From Amphiscolops sp. MND2022 (taxonomy: Eukaryota), in contig OZ076419.1 in the NCBI GenBank assembly GCA_964187785.1, positions 39,556,001 through 39,620,000 of the forward strand: a DNA stretch of 64,000 nucleotides. Reading direction: 5' to 3'. The stretch's first letter is position 1; every line of letters begins with the position of its first letter. The notes beneath the pieces were generated by a model. The model did not search any database. It worked only from the letters and a program-made list of their open reading frames with translations, and was not told where the DNA came from. The position numbers were made by a program, and so were the translations under genes. Positions 62,176 through 64,000 of this stretch are shown here, piece by piece.

Positions 62176-63838
62176 TCCTCCGACGAGGATTGTTGATGTT
62201 CCATTTTTGGTTTAATAGGTTTTTTGGCTTGTTTGTAGTTTTCAATGACTTTTTTCTGGGCTTCTGTAAGGTTCCATTTGGTTGGACGATTTTCCATATT
62301 GGCTCCGAAGTAACAGTTTTCTTCGTCATGTCCTGGGGTGTTGCAATTTTGACATTTTTCGGCTTCCGGATCTTCCTCGAGTTTGCGCCGTTTAGCTAAT
62401 TTGGGACAGTCAGTCATCATGTGGCCTGTCTCCTTGCAGTAACGGCATTGGTCGTTTTTGAGGGTTTTATCTGGTACTGTTTTTGGGGTTTGTTTTTTGG
62501 TTTTGTCAGTTTGTTTTTTGTTGATTTTTTCAGTATTTTGTTCCTTTTTAGTAACGGTCATTTGAGTTTTGACGAGAATGTTTGCTTCTAGGCCGTTAAG
62601 TTCCATTTCTCTTTCAAGGTGTTTGACAATTTGATCGTAAGTGCCATTCTCAAGATAAGCTTGGTTAATGGACTTTTTGAGGTGGGGAGGCATTTTGGCA
62701 TAGAGTAGGTTCTCTGTCATTTGGTGGGCATTGTCCCCGAACGCTTTTTCAGCACTTTCTTGGAGTTCTTATAAGAAGTCCGGAAGTTTTTGGTTTTCTG
62801 GGTCAAAAAAGAGTCTGTTGAATCTATGTTTAGCAGATGCACTGGACTCTGGTTTCACATATTTTCGGCGAAAGACTTTTAAAATGTCTTCCAGCGTCGT
62901 GGTGGGAGTTCTTTGTATGTTTTTGAAGGTTTTAAGTGCCAAACCTCTGAGATGGGCGTGGAAATGGTTAATTTTCATTTCCTCTGTTAAGTTTGGTTGC
63001 ATTCGTAATGTTGTATGGAACAAGTCCTCAAAATATTCGAATTTCTCGTTTTTCTCATTTTTCCCATTGAAGGTGAGTGTATTTTTGGGGTGAAAAGTGA
63101 TTGGGGAGAGTTTTTGTTGGCCAATTTCTCGATTGCAAGAGCAATTTGATTAACTGGATCAAGTGGTTGTGTTATTGAGTTCGTTGTATTTTGGACTGCA
63201 TGGGATCCAATTGTATCATTTAGCTTTTGTGAGCTCTGTCTATGGAGTTGTCGGTTGGCTCCTGTCACCATGTGATAATCCTCTTGTTCGGATTTTTCAT
63301 TTGAAAGCTCTATTTGGTCTAAGTCTGTTTCAGTTTCAAAGAAGGGTTTAGCAGGATGTTTCAAGTCCTTCATATTAGATGCTCTAAGAGGATAGTCGTC
63401 GTTCTCGGAATCAGAGTTTTCGTTATTGGATGCATGAACTCCTATAGATTTACTCGATTTGGATCCCGATGGTTGATTTTCTCGCATTTCATTTATATCC
63501 GACCTAGGATTAGTTACTGTGGATGCACTCTTATTAGACTTTATTTCCTTTAGAATCGCTTCAAGTTTGTTTTCCATTTCTTCTCTCATCTTTTCAATCC
63601 TATCGTTGTTCTTTTGTTCCATGATTTGGGTCCAAACTTGCATTTCATTGTTTATTTGACTAGGTTCGGTTAACTGGTTTTCAGAGCTATTTTCACCTAA
63701 ATTTCCTTGGGCAACATTACTAAGATCAATTAAAGCTTCATTACCTGTTTTAGGGGTTTCTATTTGTGTTACCTCCACTTCTCTGTCTGGGGACGGTGTC
63801 TCAAGTCTTCTAGACCTTCGGCTCCTTTTATTTCCCAT
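62166..63838 (-). pseudogene. Element B gag (split by frameshifts), starting inside the 5' LTR
   Basis: ORFs 62987-63838, 62769-63023 and 62166-62720; knuckles CRYCKETGHMMTDC and CQNCNTPGHDEENC. Confidence 0.85.
63259..63270 (-). other. Primer-binding site TGGTGACAGGAG (element B)
   Basis: Abuts the LTR end (...ATCACA|TGG); identical to element A's 12-mer. Confidence 0.8.
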
Positions 63839-64000
63839 GTTGTTCTCAAGTGAAAATGTTTTCTGGCTTTTGGGGAAGAAATTGAATTAGTCTTATATCC
63901 CACAAGAGAAGCAAAGTTGAAGTTTTACAGTGGCGAAATCAAAGTTTTACAGTTATTTGAGAAAGTGACTGCACTTGATGAGGGTTAGATTCCTAATGAA
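63271..64000 (-). repeat. Element B 5' LTR (partial; predicted to end ~44 bp beyond the window)
   Basis: Colinear with 48805-49534 at a constant offset of 14466. Confidence 0.9.

Larger units (their letters stand above)
48805..64000 (-). mobile_element. Gypsy LTR retrotransposon B (~15.2 kb) with cargo region; 5' LTR runs off the window
   Basis: Direct repeats 48805-49534 and 63271-64000 (11 mismatches in 730 bp by eye, no indels), a PBS, gag with two CCHC knuckles, and PR-RT-RH-IN. Confidence 0.92.

Noticed and set aside
1109-63553. Numerous ORF-track entries antisense to or overlapping gag/pol (e.g. 1109-1513, 3849-4229, 43962-44453, 45534-46082, 62731-63093)
   Set aside because: Shadow ORFs of A-rich retroelement coding strands, with no motifs or splice support, unlike the true antisense cargo genes.

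Overview
Eukaryotic, AT-rich, transposon-dominated window. It is probably from an invertebrate animal, since it has spliceosomal introns, Ty3/Gypsy and BEL/Pao elements and no prokaryotic operons, but the species cannot be identified from the sequence alone. The left half holds the 3' end of a CAP/GAPR-1-like host gene, decayed Gypsy and BEL/Pao remnants, a family of DINE-1/HINE-like (Helentron-type) non-autonomous elements, small hairpin and tandem repeats, and a few probable host exons. The right half (32642-64000) is two large, divergent, minus-strand Gypsy LTR retrotransposons, with element B inserted 44 bp from the end of element A's 5' LTR. Both share an unusual architecture. (i) gag starts inside the LTR and reads through the LTR end and the primer-binding site. 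(ii) gag and pol are joined by a classical -1 slippery heptamer. (iii) Between integrase and the 3' LTR sits a 6-8 kb cargo: an antisense, multi-intron gene for a zinc-finger protein (about 1,090 aa in A; possibly a dead hAT-transposase derivative), placed back-to-back with a sense-strand disordered ORF that begins with a SUMO-interaction-like motif. The two antisense genes have diverged strongly in protein sequence yet keep three introns at equivalent positions, including an identical 82-nt exon. This cargo module is the best candidate for an undescribed system. All coordinates, alignments and identities were read by eye; no searches were run. No rRNA, tRNA or CRISPR-Cas features are supported.
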